Position numbers and translations under genes: made by a program
Part shown: piece by piece, positions 42,725-52,960 of the stretch
Numbering within the stretch: the first letter of the stretch is position 1
Layout: every line of letters starts with the position of its first letter
Notes under the pieces: generated by a model
Seen by the model: only the letters and a program-made list of their open reading frames with translations
The model's database searches: none
What the model was told of the DNA's origin: nothing
From: an uncultured Chloroflexia bacterium
GTDB lineage: Bacteria > Chloroflexota > Limnocylindria > Limnocylindrales > CSP1-4
Length of the DNA stretch: 64,000 nucleotides
Assembly: GCA_963819655.1 (NCBI GenBank)
Contig: CAWFXA010000001.1
Location: 416,001-480,000, forward strand
Direction of reading: 5' to 3'

Positions 42725-44028
42725 GTGCCGGGGATGGCCTCACCGTTGCCTATGTCATGTCGCGTTTCCCCAAGCTGACCGAGACGTTCATCCTCGCGGA
42801 ACTGGAGGCGATGGACCGGGCCGGCGTCCACATCGAGCTCCACCCGCTCCTGCGCCAGACCGGCGAGCCCGTCCAACCGGCAGCCGAGCGCTGGGTGGAG
42901 CGCGCCCATTTCCTGCCGTTCATCTCGCCCGCGATCCTGCGGAGCCAGCTGGCATTCCTGCGTGACCGAAGCCGTCGACGGCGCTACCTGCGTGCCTTCG
43001 CCGACATGATCCGCGGAACGTGGCACAGCCCGAACTTCCTGCTCGGCGGGCTCGGGATCTTCCCGAAGGTCGCTCATATGTCGTTGGCATTGCTCGACGA
43101 GCGAATCGATCACGTCCATTGCCATTTCGCGAACCACCCGGCGCTGGCCGGCTGGCTGGTGCACCGTTTGACCGGGATCCCATACAGCTTCACGGCGCAC
43201 GGCTCGGACCTGCACGTCGACCGGACGATGCTCGCCACGAAGGTCGCCGAGGCCGCATTCGTCGTCACGATCTCGGCGGACAACCGGGCGGTCATCGAGG
43301 CGACCGTCGGGGATGCGTCGTCGGGCAAGGTCGAGGTGATCCATTGTGGCGTCGACCCGGACGCCTTCCCGGTGTCCGATCGCGCCCCTGGAGGACCGCT
43401 GCGGATCGTCGCGGTCGGCACGCTCCACGAGGTCAAGGGCCAGGTCCACCTGATCGAGGCCTGCCGACGGCTCGCACAGCGTGGCGTGGCGTTCACCTGC
43501 CGGTTCATCGGTGACGGACCCGATCGGGAGGCCCTGGCGCGGCGGATCGACCAGTACGCCCTGGGCGATCAGGTCACGCTCGCCGGCCGGATGACGAGCG
43601 ACGCAGTCGCCGCCGAGCTTGCCCGGTCGGACGTGCTCGCGGCCCCGAGCGTGCCGACGAGCGGCGGCAAGCGCGAGGGCATCCCGGTCGTCCTCATGGA
43701 GGCGATGGCAGCCGGCCTGCCGGTCGTGGCCAGCCGCCTGTCGGGGATCCCGGAGCTCGTCACGGACGAAGTCAGCGGGCTTCTCGTCCCACCCGGCGAC
43801 GACGACGCCCTGGCCGATGCCCTCGAGCGCCTCGCCGGCGACCCGGCGCTCCGGGCACGCCTCGGTGCGGCCGGCCGGGAGACAGTGCTGCGCGATTTCG
43901 ACGTCGACCGCAACGCCGCGACCCTCGCCTCGCGGATCCAGGCGACCCTCGCCGCGCGGCGGGAGATGCAGGCGACGACCAGCGAGCGAGCCACGACGGG
44001 CGCCGGCGCGCCGGAGCCGGTCGCCTGA
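42721..44028 (+). CDS. GT4 glycosyltransferase (WcaL-like)
   Basis: FPKLTETFI, HCHFA, SFTAHG.D, EGIPVVLMEAMA. Confidence 0.92.
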   Translation: MSAGDGLTVAYVMSRFPKLTETFILAELEAMDRAGVHIELHPLLRQTGEPVQPAAERWVERAHFLPFISPAILRSQLAFLRDRSRRRRYLRAFADMIRGTWHSPNFLLGGLGIFPKVAHMSLALLDERIDHVHCHFANHPALAGWLVHRLTGIPYSFTAHGSDLHVDRTMLATKVAEAAFVVTISADNRAVIEATVGDASSGKVEVIHCGVDPDAFPVSDRAPGGPLRIVAVGTLHEVKGQVHLIEACRRLAQRGVAFTCRFIGDGPDREALARRIDQYALGDQVTLAGRMTSDAVAAELARSDVLAAPSVPTSGGKREGIPVVLMEAMAAGLPVVASRLSGIPELVTDEVSGLLVPPGDDDALADALERLAGDPALRARLGAAGRETVLRDFDVDRNAATLASRIQATLAARREMQATTSERATTGAGAPEPVA

Positions 44029-45245
44029 TGGCGGCCCTGTTCTGGGCTGCGGTCGGCCTTGTCGTCTACACGTACGTCGGCTTCCCGCTGCTGGTCCTCG
44101 CCAGGGCCAGGCTCCGGCCGCGGCCACACCTTGCCGCCGACATCACGCCGACCGTGAGTGTGGTCATCGCCGCGCACGACGAGGCCGCCTCGATCGGACC
44201 ACGCGTCGACAACCTGCTCGCAGTCGACTATCCGGCCGACAAGCTCGAGATCGTCATCGCGTCGGACGGGTCGACCGACGCAACGGTGGAGGGGGCCAGC
44301 CGTCGGTCCGATCCGCGGGTACGCGTCCTGGACCTGCCGCGAACCGGGAAGGCCACGGCGCTCAACACCGCGGTCGCGGCCTCGACCGGCGAGATCCTCG
44401 TCTTCTCGGATGCGAACACGGCCTACGCGCCGGACGCGATCCGTCAGCTCGTTCGATCCTTCGCGGACCCCGAGGTGGGAGGCGTCGCCGGCAACCAGGT
44501 CTACCTGCCGACCTCTGCGACCACGGGTCCGTCGGACCCCACGACTGCAACGGCCGTCGGCGTCGGGGAGCGCAGCTACTGGGACCTCGATCGCCTCGTC
44601 AAGGACGCTGAGAGCCTGGGCGGCAGCGTGATCTCAGCCACCGGCGCGATCTACGCCCTCCGGCGTGAACTGTTCCAGGACGTCCCCGACGGCGTCACCG
44701 ACGACTTCGTCACCTCGGTCAGGGTCATCGCCGCAGGTCGACGGCTCGTCTTCGAGCCGGGCGCGATCGCGCGGGAGCCCGTCGCCGGGTCAAGCGGGCG
44801 CGAATACCGTCGGAAGGTCCGGATCATGACCCGCGGCCTGCGTGGCGTCGCGGTGTCGCGCCAGCTGCTCGATCCGCGCCGGTACGGGTTCTACGCGTTG
44901 CAGCTGATCACGCACAAGGTCCTGCGTCGCCTGATGGCGATCCCGCTGCTGGTCATCGCGGTCACCAGCGCCGCGCTGTGGGACGCGGGCCCGATCTACC
45001 GGCTGGCGGTCCTCGGCCAGGCATTGGTCTACGGCCTCGGCGGGATCGGCCTCGCGCTTCGCGATCGACGTGCCGGTCGCCGCCCATGGTTCGCGATCCC
45101 CGCGTTCTTCGTGCTCGTCAATGTCGCCTCGCTCCACGCCTTGTGGAACCTGATCTCCGGCCGGCGGATCGACCGCTGGCAGCCGGCGCGACGGGCCGAC
45201 ACCTCCGGGGAGCCCGGGGAGTCGCCGCTGGACGCTCCGACATGA
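44028..45245 (+). CDS. GT2 glycosyltransferase
   Basis: VSVVIAAHDE, SDGSTD, GKATALN, FSDAN, TDD, RRKVRI; C-terminal TMs. Confidence 0.92.
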   Translation: MAALFWAAVGLVVYTYVGFPLLVLARARLRPRPHLAADITPTVSVVIAAHDEAASIGPRVDNLLAVDYPADKLEIVIASDGSTDATVEGASRRSDPRVRVLDLPRTGKATALNTAVAASTGEILVFSDANTAYAPDAIRQLVRSFADPEVGGVAGNQVYLPTSATTGPSDPTTATAVGVGERSYWDLDRLVKDAESLGGSVISATGAIYALRRELFQDVPDGVTDDFVTSVRVIAAGRRLVFEPGAIAREPVAGSSGREYRRKVRIMTRGLRGVAVSRQLLDPRRYGFYALQLITHKVLRRLMAIPLLVIAVTSAALWDAGPIYRLAVLGQALVYGLGGIGLALRDRRAGRRPWFAIPAFFVLVNVASLHALWNLISGRRIDRWQPARRADTSGEPGESPLDAPT

Positions 45246-46774
45246 GCGCTCCCGGCACGACGATCCGTCCCGCGGGTCCGCCCCCAGCTCGACGCGCCCC
45301 GGCCGACCGCTCCGCGGTGGCGATGGCGCTGCTCATCGTCATGGGCTCGCTGGCCGCAGGGATCCTCGCGGCGGACGCGCCGCTACTGACGGTCGCGGGC
45401 GCCAGCGCGCTGCTGCTCGGGATCGCCATCGTCCTGCGACCGGACGTCGCGACGCTGACGACCATCGCGATCCTCTACACGAATGCGGCTGTGGTCGCCG
45501 TCCGGTTCCACGGCGTCCCTCTGTTCGTCGGGGCATTCGTGCCGGCCCTGCTCGTCGTGCCGCTGGCCCGCGATCTCGTCGTCCGTCGGCTGCCCGTCGT
45601 GGCGCCCCCGATGCTGGGCTGGATGGTCGTACTGCTGTTCATCCACGTGATCTCGGCGCTGTTCTCGAGCGACACCGTCGTGTCGTGGGATGCCGTCGTC
45701 ATCTTCGTCGTCGAGGGGTTCGGCCTGTATTTCCTGCTCATCAACGTCATCAGGACGCCGGAGATGCTGCGCTCGGTGACCTGGGTCCTCCTGATATCGG
45801 GCGCCCTGGTCAGCTTGTTGGCGATCCACCAGGTCGTGACGGAGAACTACGACAGCAACTATCTCGGTTTCGCACAGGCGGACTCGGCGATCCGCACAGG
45901 CGCCACCACGCTCGCCGGCGACGTCCTCCAACCCCGGATGGCCGGCCCGATCGGTGAGACGAACCGTTTCGCCCAGGTGATGCTCATGCTGGTGCCGTTG
46001 GGCCTCTTCCGCGCGATCGGTGAACGATCGACGTCGCTGCGGGTCATCGCCGGACTCATGACGCTGGCGATCACGCTCGGCGTCGTGCTGTCGTTCTCAC
46101 GGGGTGGGGCGGTGGGGCTGGCGGCGCTCGTGCTGGCGCTCATGGTGCTCAGGCTCGTCCGGGTGCGGCATGTGCTGGTGCTCGTGGTCGTGCTCGGACT
46201 CATCCTCGTGGCCCTTCCGCAGTACGCGAACCGGCTGACCTCCCTCGCCGACCAGGGCGGCTTCGGTGGCAGCACGTCGTCGGCAGTCACCGACACGTCG
46301 TTGCTCAGCCGCGCGACGGAGACGCTGGCGGCCGCGCTCGTGATCGTCGATCACCCCGTGCTCGGGGTCGGCCCCGACATGTTCCCCGTCTACTACGAGG
46401 AGTACGCCCAGGTCGTCGGGATCCTCATCCGGAACGATGCGGCCCGGGAGGCGCACAACCTCTATCTCGGCATCGGGGCCGAGCTGGGCATACCCGGGCT
46501 CATCGTGTTCCTCATCATCGCGGTGCTCACCATCCGGATGATCCTGGCCGCGCGACGCGCGAGCCTCATTCGACGCCCCGACCTCGAGCGCCTGACCACG
46601 CCGTATCTCCTTGCGCTGCTCACCTATTACGTGACGGGCCTGTTCCTGCACCTTTCCTTCGCCCGGTACTACTGGCTGATGCTGGCGGTGGCCGGTGCCG
46701 CGGCGATCATCACGCTCCGTGAGACCGCCGCGGACGAGGCCTCCGATCAGGGTGCCGTCAGCCAGTCCGTGTAG
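45242..46774 (+). CDS. O-antigen ligase/Wzy-like polymerase
   Basis: About 12 TMs; R..GPIGETNRFA, SFSRGG, HPVLGVG, AHNLYL..AELGIPG. Confidence 0.88.
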   Translation: MSAPGTTIRPAGPPPARRAPADRSAVAMALLIVMGSLAAGILAADAPLLTVAGASALLLGIAIVLRPDVATLTTIAILYTNAAVVAVRFHGVPLFVGAFVPALLVVPLARDLVVRRLPVVAPPMLGWMVVLLFIHVISALFSSDTVVSWDAVVIFVVEGFGLYFLLINVIRTPEMLRSVTWVLLISGALVSLLAIHQVVTENYDSNYLGFAQADSAIRTGATTLAGDVLQPRMAGPIGETNRFAQVMLMLVPLGLFRAIGERSTSLRVIAGLMTLAITLGVVLSFSRGGAVGLAALVLALMVLRLVRVRHVLVLVVVLGLILVALPQYANRLTSLADQGGFGGSTSSAVTDTSLLSRATETLAAALVIVDHPVLGVGPDMFPVYYEEYAQVVGILIRNDAAREAHNLYLGIGAELGIPGLIVFLIIAVLTIRMILAARRASLIRRPDLERLTTPYLLALLTYYVTGLFLHLSFARYYWLMLAVAGAAAIITLRETAADEASDQGAVSQSV

Positions 46775-48561
46775 CCGAAGTTCTTGCCCGTCCGCGCGGG
46801 GGCGGGTCCGCGATACGCGGTGCCGTAGCGCCGGTCGATCAGCCAGGGTTGCCACTCGTCGTCGCCCTCGGCCACCCAGCCGGCACGTCCGTACAGGAAC
46901 CGGGTCGCGCGCAGCAGGGCGCGGTCCGACCAGTTCCAGGCGTCGTAGCCGGCAACGCGAAGCAGCTCTGCCTGGAGCACGGCACCCTGGAGGCCTTCCC
47001 AGGCGTACCCGGTCGGAGCCGGCGGCCAGGCGAACGTTCCGCCCCGCCGCATCTCCTCCGGCAAGGCGCCGCCGATGTCGATCCCGTTCTTCGTGCAGCC
47101 GGTCGGGTTGATGCCCACGGGCTTCGTGGGATCGCACTGCCAGGACAGATCGCCGTAGATGAAGCCGGCGTACGCGGCCCGGTCCCCGAGATAGCCGCGG
47201 AACACCTGGGCGGTCCGGGCCATCTCGGCCGAGTCGCCGAGGTACGCGGCGATCGCGGCACGCGCCGCCCCGGCGTGGGTGCCCCAGTTGTTCGGTCGTC
47301 GCTCATGCGTCTGACGCAGGGTCATGCCGTCGAGCGTCGTCGAGAGCAGTGCCCGGAGCCATGGCCGGAACGCCGCCGTATCGAACGCCGGGTCCAGCGT
47401 CCGGAGTGAGATCAGGTCGGCGGCGATCACATAGGCGGGGAGGTTGCGGCCCAATGCCAGGGTGCGGCCGCCGGATTCGGTGCCGAGCGCGGATCTCAGG
47501 CCGGCCAGCACGCTGGTGCGGTAGCTCGCGACGCCCGTCCGGGCATAGACAAGTGCCTTGGCGAGCACCACCTGGTCGGTGTTGTCGTCCTGGTTCGAGA
47601 TGTTCGGGGCCCCGAGCGCTGAGTCGGCACGGGCCTGCAGAGCTGTCCAGGCGGGACCGGAGGTCGGCAGGCGCCCGATCTCGGACGCCGACACGAGGAT
47701 GCCGCTCCCCGGCGCGACGACGAGCGGGCCCGACGGCGCGGTCGGCGTCGGCGATGGCGTAGGCGTCGGCGTCGGCACGGCGGTCGGCGTCGGCGTGGGG
47801 GTCGGGGTCGGCGACGCGGTCGGAGTCGCGGTCGCGGTCGGGGTGGGAGTCGGCGAGGCCGTCGGGGTCGGCGAGGCAGTCGGGGTCGGAGTCGCCGCCG
47901 CGGCAGGTGTCGGAGTCGCCGTCGGGGCGGCCGTCGGGGTCGCCGTCGGTGCCGGCGTCGGGCTGGCGGTCGGGGCCGCAGTCGGGGCAGCCGTCGGCAC
48001 TGGAGTCGCCGTCGGAGCCGCTGTCGGTGGCGCCGTCGGCGCAGGGGTCGGAGTGGGGACGGGCGTAACGCGTGGTTTCGCGCGTGGTGTCGCGACCGGC
48101 GTCGGCGCCGGGGTCGGATCCGGCTTCTTGGCCGGGGCGACGATCTCGACGGCCAGCAACCCGCGTTCGACACCCTGGTCGTCGACTGCCCGCAGCTCAT
48201 GCACACCGCGCTCGAGCGTCGGTGGCAGGCGAACCTTCACCGAGAACCGGCCTTTGGCGTTGGTGCGATAGGCGACCAGCTCCGTCCCGTCGGGCCACAC
48301 CAGGAGTCCCGTCTCAGCGCGGTCGAACCCGGTGCCGACGATGACGATGCGCTGACCCGGCGTCGGCGCGTCGGGCGTCACCGCCAGGGTCGGCGTCGCC
48401 GCGGCCGTCATCACGAACGGAAGGATGAGCGCAGGGATCAGCAGGATGATCGGCAGGGTCGCCAGGATGTCGCGATGCTTCGACCACCGGGACGGGGGCG
48501 GTGGTGGCTCCGGGTGCGAGAAGACCCAGTCCTTGCGATCGGCGATCCTGATGTTCCGCAC
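46747..48561 (-). CDS. alginate-lyase-like (alpha/alpha) protein with N-terminal TM, Ig-like domain and Pro/Thr linker
   Basis: ALVYARTG, TLALGR, AADL, RPNNWGTH, EMRRG, GYAWEGLQG, GYTDW; AGGGAGG RBS. Confidence 0.72.
   Translation of the reverse strand: MRNIRIADRKDWVFSHPEPPPPPSRWSKHRDILATLPIILLIPALILPFVMTAAATPTLAVTPDAPTPGQRIVIVGTGFDRAETGLLVWPDGTELVAYRTNAKGRFSVKVRLPPTLERGVHELRAVDDQGVERGLLAVEIVAPAKKPDPTPAPTPVATPRAKPRVTPVPTPTPAPTAPPTAAPTATPVPTAAPTAAPTASPTPAPTATPTAAPTATPTPAAAATPTPTASPTPTASPTPTPTATATPTASPTPTPTPTPTAVPTPTPTPSPTPTAPSGPLVVAPGSGILVSASEIGRLPTSGPAWTALQARADSALGAPNISNQDDNTDQVVLAKALVYARTGVASYRTSVLAGLRSALGTESGGRTLALGRNLPAYVIAADLISLRTLDPAFDTAAFRPWLRALLSTTLDGMTLRQTHERRPNNWGTHAGAARAAIAAYLGDSAEMARTAQVFRGYLGDRAAYAGFIYGDLSWQCDPTKPVGINPTGCTKNGIDIGGALPEEMRRGGTFAWPPAPTGYAWEGLQGAVLQAELLRVAGYDAWNWSDRALLRATRFLYGRAGWVAEGDDEWQPWLIDRRYGTAYRGPAPARTGKNFGYTDWLTAP
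47735..48115 (-). repeat. low-complexity coding repeat for a (PT/PTA)n linker
   Basis: Reiterated GTCGGN hexamers. Confidence 0.85.
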
Positions 48562-48653
48562 GACGTCCTCCCTGCTCCGCGACTGCGTAGGCGGGGAGCG
48601 TTGGACGCCAGCGCGACCAGGGAACGGGTCAGCGTCCCAAGGCGCGCTGCGAC

Positions 48654-48730
48654 TTCGGCAACCCGGCTACCTGGGATCCAGGCCCGTGGCTTTGCGGCCC
48701 CGCCTCGCGACGGGTGTGCCTGTTCGGTAT
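48654..48730 (-). ncRNA. cyclic di-GMP-I (GEMM-I) riboswitch
   Basis: Minus strand reads ACAGGCACA-CCCGTC-GCGA-GGCGGG-GCCGCAAAGCC-ACGGGCCT..AGGTAGCCGGGTTGCCGAA: GNRA-capped P2, CGCAAAGCC core and 3' GGTTGCCG; about 93 nt upstream of the 48561 start. Confidence 0.9.
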
Positions 48731-48961
48731 CTGCGGTCCGGTGACGGTTACGTGTCCGTGACGGGACGGGGTTGGGGCGATCGTGCCCGTTGGGGGTCGT
48801 GCCACGATGCACCCGGGCGTCAGCCCGTGGCAATCGGACCATCGTCCGGGCGAGCCTCCGATCGGCCACGTCGATGGCCGCGGAGCGAGTGCGCCGGCGC
48901 CATCCCCGTCGACTCGGAACCACCACGGACCGGACCGGACTGGACGGTCCGAAGGTACCGG

Positions 48962-50305
48962 CTAGCTGCCGTACAGCCAGTCCGTGTAGCCGAAGACCCG
49001 CCCGATACCGGCCTGCTCGGTCGGGAGGTCGAGCCCGTAGCGTGCGTTGAGAAGCCACGGGACGTGGTGGCTCACAGCCGAGCGGTTCCAGGTCAGACCG
49101 CCCGCCTCGCCCGAGCGGGTGACGACATCGGCCGCCCGACGGATGGCCGAGTCGGACCACGTCCAGACGTCGCCATAGCCGTTGACCGTGAGCAGCTCGG
49201 CCTGGAACGAGAGCCCCTGCAGCGACTCGAGCGTGTAGCCGATGCCGTCCCGCCCGGGCGGCCATTTCCTGTTCCCGCCGCGGTCGATGTCGCGGACGAT
49301 CGCGCCATCGAGATCGATCCCGCCCTTCTCGCATGGCGGATTGACCGGCGTGTATCGCGACGGATCGCAGGCCCAGCTCGCCGCGCCTTCGACCGGCTGG
49401 AACCGATCCCATGCGGATCGATCACCGAGGAAGCCCTTCAGGACCTGCGCCGCACGCTGCACATCGTCCGTGTCACCGAGGTACAGGCTGGCGGCGATCC
49501 GCGAGGCGCCCGTGAACGAGCCCCAGTTGTTCGGAGCGTCCTCGTGCGTGGACACCAATGACGTCCAGCGCCCGTGACCGCCGAGCTCGCGCGTCCGGAT
49601 ATCGTCGAGCCAGGATCGGAAGCGCTCGTCGTCCGGGCCCGACAGCCCGACGAAGTCGGCTGCGAGGACGTACGCCCCGAGCTGGCGGCCAAGCGACAGG
49701 ATCGAGTTGTTGGCACCCGCCCGCTCGGTGCCGATGGCATCCATGATCTGGGCCGTCGCGCGCTCGCCATAGGCGGGGTCCCCCGTCCGCGCGAAGACGA
49801 GTGCCGCGGCCAGCGTCATCACGCCGTGGCGGTTGTCCTGATCGCGCAGGTCGGGTTCCCCGGGCGGCTCGTCGGCCCACGCGACCAACGACTCCCAGGC
49901 GAGACCGCTGGTGGGCAATGCCATGAAGTCGGCCTTCGACATGAGGAGATAGTCGCCTGGGGGCCGAGGCGATGGTGGTGGCGGCAGCGACACGCTGGGC
50001 GCGACGGATTCGGTCGCATCGGGGGACGCCCCGGAGGAGCCGGTCGGGCTCGGGACGACCGCGCTGGACGGGCTGGCGCCCCCTTCCGGCCCCGGCCGCA
50101 ACGGCAGCCAGCTCGACGCGATGAGGGCAGCGACGACGAGGACCGCCGCCGCGAGCAGGATCCGGAGTGGCCGTCGTGGCCGGCGGGGCGGCGTCGTGGG
50201 CGGGGCGGGGGGCTCCCCCGGCGGTCCGGACGCGGGCCCGGACGACGGCTCGGCTGGAGGCGTCTTGGGCGTCGGGATACGGATCGTCGGGCTGTCGTCG
50301 GCCAT
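48962..50305 (-). CDS. alginate-lyase-like paralog 2 (membrane-anchored)
   Basis: ALVFARTG, LSLGRQL, AADF, APNNWGS, DIDRG, GYTLESLQG, GYTDW. Confidence 0.72.
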   Translation of the reverse strand: MADDSPTIRIPTPKTPPAEPSSGPASGPPGEPPAPPTTPPRRPRRPLRILLAAAVLVVAALIASSWLPLRPGPEGGASPSSAVVPSPTGSSGASPDATESVAPSVSLPPPPSPRPPGDYLLMSKADFMALPTSGLAWESLVAWADEPPGEPDLRDQDNRHGVMTLAAALVFARTGDPAYGERATAQIMDAIGTERAGANNSILSLGRQLGAYVLAADFVGLSGPDDERFRSWLDDIRTRELGGHGRWTSLVSTHEDAPNNWGSFTGASRIAASLYLGDTDDVQRAAQVLKGFLGDRSAWDRFQPVEGAASWACDPSRYTPVNPPCEKGGIDLDGAIVRDIDRGGNRKWPPGRDGIGYTLESLQGLSFQAELLTVNGYGDVWTWSDSAIRRAADVVTRSGEAGGLTWNRSAVSHHVPWLLNARYGLDLPTEQAGIGRVFGYTDWLYGS

Positions 50306-50596
50306 GTCCGCGACAGTCTACGGTCGAGCGCGGCGGGGCTCATTCCGCTGCCGTGATGTGGGGACGCACGCGTTGCCCCGACGCACCGAATGGAAGCGGT
50401 GACTGGCCGCAACGGGGTGACAGGGGCGTTGATCGGGTGCAAACTCCCTGTTGACAAAGGTTGCAGGGGCCTTGTCCCCTCCCGCGCTCACCGCGGGCCG
50501 TCAGCCGCTTCACCCGTCACCCACCGATCGCTCGTCCCGGTCGGTCCGCCGTTCGTTCGTCGCATGTCCTGCGACGTCCAGGTAGGAAGGAGCACC

Positions 50597-51721
50597 ATGC
50601 GGCCGGTCGGAACCGGCGTCCAATGGACGTCCCGAATGGCTCGCCGAGCCAGGCTTGCAGCCACGATCCTGGCGATCGCCGTCCTGATCCCGAGCACCCT
50701 CCCCGCCCCCGCCGCCGCCGCGACCGACTACATCCTCATGTCGCGCTCGGATCTCCTTGCGAGACCTGTCAGCGGCATCCCGTGGGCCAACATGAAGGCC
50801 GTCGCTGACGGCAGCCTCGGGACACCGAACCTGTGCAGCCTGGATGCGAAGCACCACCTGCGGACGCTCGCAGCCGCGCTCGTCTTCGCGCGGAGCGGTA
50901 GCGCGTCGTACGGTCTCAAGGCCCGCCAGGGCGTGATGGCCGCGATCAAGACGCAGCGAAGCGGGTGCGACAACGCGACTCTCGCGCTCGGACGCCAGCT
51001 CATGGCATACGTCCTCGCCGCAGACTTCGCGGAGTTGACCGGGACTCCGGACGCAACGTTCCGCGCCTGGCTCACGACGATCCGGCGCAAGATCATCGGC
51101 GGCCACGGAGTCTGGGATTCGCTGTTCCGGACGCACGTCCGATCAGCCACGAACTGGGGGGCCTACGCCGGTGCATCGCGCATCGCGGCGAGCCTCTATC
51201 TCGGCGACACGGCCGACGTGGTTGCCGCCAGCGCGATCACCCAGGGCTTCCTCGGGATACGGACAGCGTTCCGATTCTCGGATCGGATGAGCTCGTCGGC
51301 CCTGTCGTGGTCGTGTGCGCCCAGCATCTACACGCCGGTCAACGGCGTGTGCAAGAAGGGCGTCATCAACGTGAGTGGCGCTGTCATCGCCGACATCAGC
51401 CGTGGCGGCTCGCTCCGCTGGCCACCCGGCGGCACCGGGGTCCAGTATCAGCTCGACTCGATCCAGGGCGTCGGCATGCAGGTGGAGCTGCTCTACCAGA
51501 ACGGCTATCCCACGGCCTGGGAGTGGTCCGCCGCCGCCGTCAAGCGGATGGCCGATCTCGTGACCCGGTCGAAGTCGGGGGGCGGGACTGGCTGGAACGA
51601 AACCACCGCATCGCGGCAGATGCCCTGGCTGCTCAACCGTCGCTACGGGATGTCGATCCCGAGGCGAAGCTCTGGTATGGGCCGAGCGATCGGTTTCACC
51701 GATTGGCTGTGGGGCCCGTGA
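50597..51721 (+). CDS. alginate-lyase-like paralog 3 (signal peptide, basic)
   Basis: GGAAGGAG RBS; ALVFARSG, LALGRQL, AADF, ATNWGA, DISRG, GFTDW. Confidence 0.72.
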   Translation: MRPVGTGVQWTSRMARRARLAATILAIAVLIPSTLPAPAAAATDYILMSRSDLLARPVSGIPWANMKAVADGSLGTPNLCSLDAKHHLRTLAAALVFARSGSASYGLKARQGVMAAIKTQRSGCDNATLALGRQLMAYVLAADFAELTGTPDATFRAWLTTIRRKIIGGHGVWDSLFRTHVRSATNWGAYAGASRIAASLYLGDTADVVAASAITQGFLGIRTAFRFSDRMSSSALSWSCAPSIYTPVNGVCKKGVINVSGAVIADISRGGSLRWPPGGTGVQYQLDSIQGVGMQVELLYQNGYPTAWEWSAAAVKRMADLVTRSKSGGGTGWNETTASRQMPWLLNRRYGMSIPRRSSGMGRAIGFTDWLWGP

Positions 51722-51829
51722 TCCGCTAATCCCAGCGTCCGCGTGAACGCCTGCCCGTACCCCCCTACCGGGCGGGCGTCACGCCGGGCGCACCCGGTGC
51801 GCATCCTGCACCCGCAAGCGTCCGTGTCG

Positions 51830-52960
51830 CTATCGTGCTCGGCGCTCGCGCCGGACGGTCAGGACCACCCCGAGCAGCGTGACGCTCCCGAGCAAGGAGA
51901 CGGCCAGCAGTCGCTGCGCCAATGCCGGGTCGTCCGACGCCGGGTCGTCGGACGAGTCCTCATCCATCGGCGCCAGGCCGGCCAGTGGCCTCGCCTCGCG
52001 AACGACGTCCAGATACCGGTAGCCATGGCCGACGCTCGGTTCGATGTGGGAGTTCTCGCTGAACTCGTTCCAACTGATCAGACCGATGGCATCGGGCCGC
52101 GTCTGAGCGACGAGCTCCATCTGTCGACGAAGGTGTTCGCCATCATCGCGCGTGATGACCCGCGTCCCGCCGATGAGGCGCGCGTCGAACCCGGCTGCGA
52201 CCGGCACGATCCACAGGCCGCCCTGCGAATGCACGACCGCGCTCATGGCCGTCAGTTTGTCGACGTAGTTGGGAAAGGTCTCGGGGTCGACGGAAGACCA
52301 GTAGTACGCGTCGCCATCGACGGTACCGGCGAGCCGGTTGATACCGTCGACGTCCTTCTCGGAGGCCAGGACGCGGAGCGTCGGGCGGACCTCGGACGTC
52401 ACGCTCTCGATCTCGGACCGGCTGAACTCCCACGTGCCCGACCACACCACGAGCGGTCGGTCGAGGATCTGGAACACGGGTTCCGACGCGTACTCGGCCG
52501 CGAACGATGCGAGGTCCCGACCGACCTGCGCGACGGGGACCGGGTTCCGATCGAAGTCGAGTCCCTGGTAGATGATCGCGAGCTTGAAATCTGCATCGCG
52601 CGCGACCTCGACGAGCTGGCGCAGCCGCGCATCGAGCTTCTCGGTGCTCTTCCAGCTCACGATGAATCCGTCGATCCCGGCGCTCTTTGCCCAGTCGATG
52701 TGCTCGCGCATCACCTGGCGCGAGCTGGACGAGTAGGCGCCCAGAATCGGCATATCGGTCTTGGCGCGGTCCCACGATCCCCGATCGAACCAGATGTAGT
52801 AGTAGGCAAGGACAGGGGCGTCGTGGGCGGTCGGCACGGCTGGCCGCGCCGCCACGGCCGCCAGCAGCAGGACCGTGATCAGCAAGCTGGCAGCGAAGCT
52901 GGCGAAGACCGCGAGCAGCAGGTGCCGTCTCGTACCCGGGAGCCGGCGTGACGCGCTCAT
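51830..52960 (-). CDS. GH99/GH71-like glycoside hydrolase with C-terminal TM
   Basis: VLAYYYIWF, PILGAYSS, AKSAGIDGF, GFDAR, ISWNEFSENSHIEP; ATGA overlap. Confidence 0.8.
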   Translation of the reverse strand: MSASRRLPGTRRHLLLAVFASFAASLLITVLLLAAVAARPAVPTAHDAPVLAYYYIWFDRGSWDRAKTDMPILGAYSSSSRQVMREHIDWAKSAGIDGFIVSWKSTEKLDARLRQLVEVARDADFKLAIIYQGLDFDRNPVPVAQVGRDLASFAAEYASEPVFQILDRPLVVWSGTWEFSRSEIESVTSEVRPTLRVLASEKDVDGINRLAGTVDGDAYYWSSVDPETFPNYVDKLTAMSAVVHSQGGLWIVPVAAGFDARLIGGTRVITRDDGEHLRRQMELVAQTRPDAIGLISWNEFSENSHIEPSVGHGYRYLDVVREARPLAGLAPMDEDSSDDPASDDPALAQRLLAVSLLGSVTLLGVVLTVRRERRAR

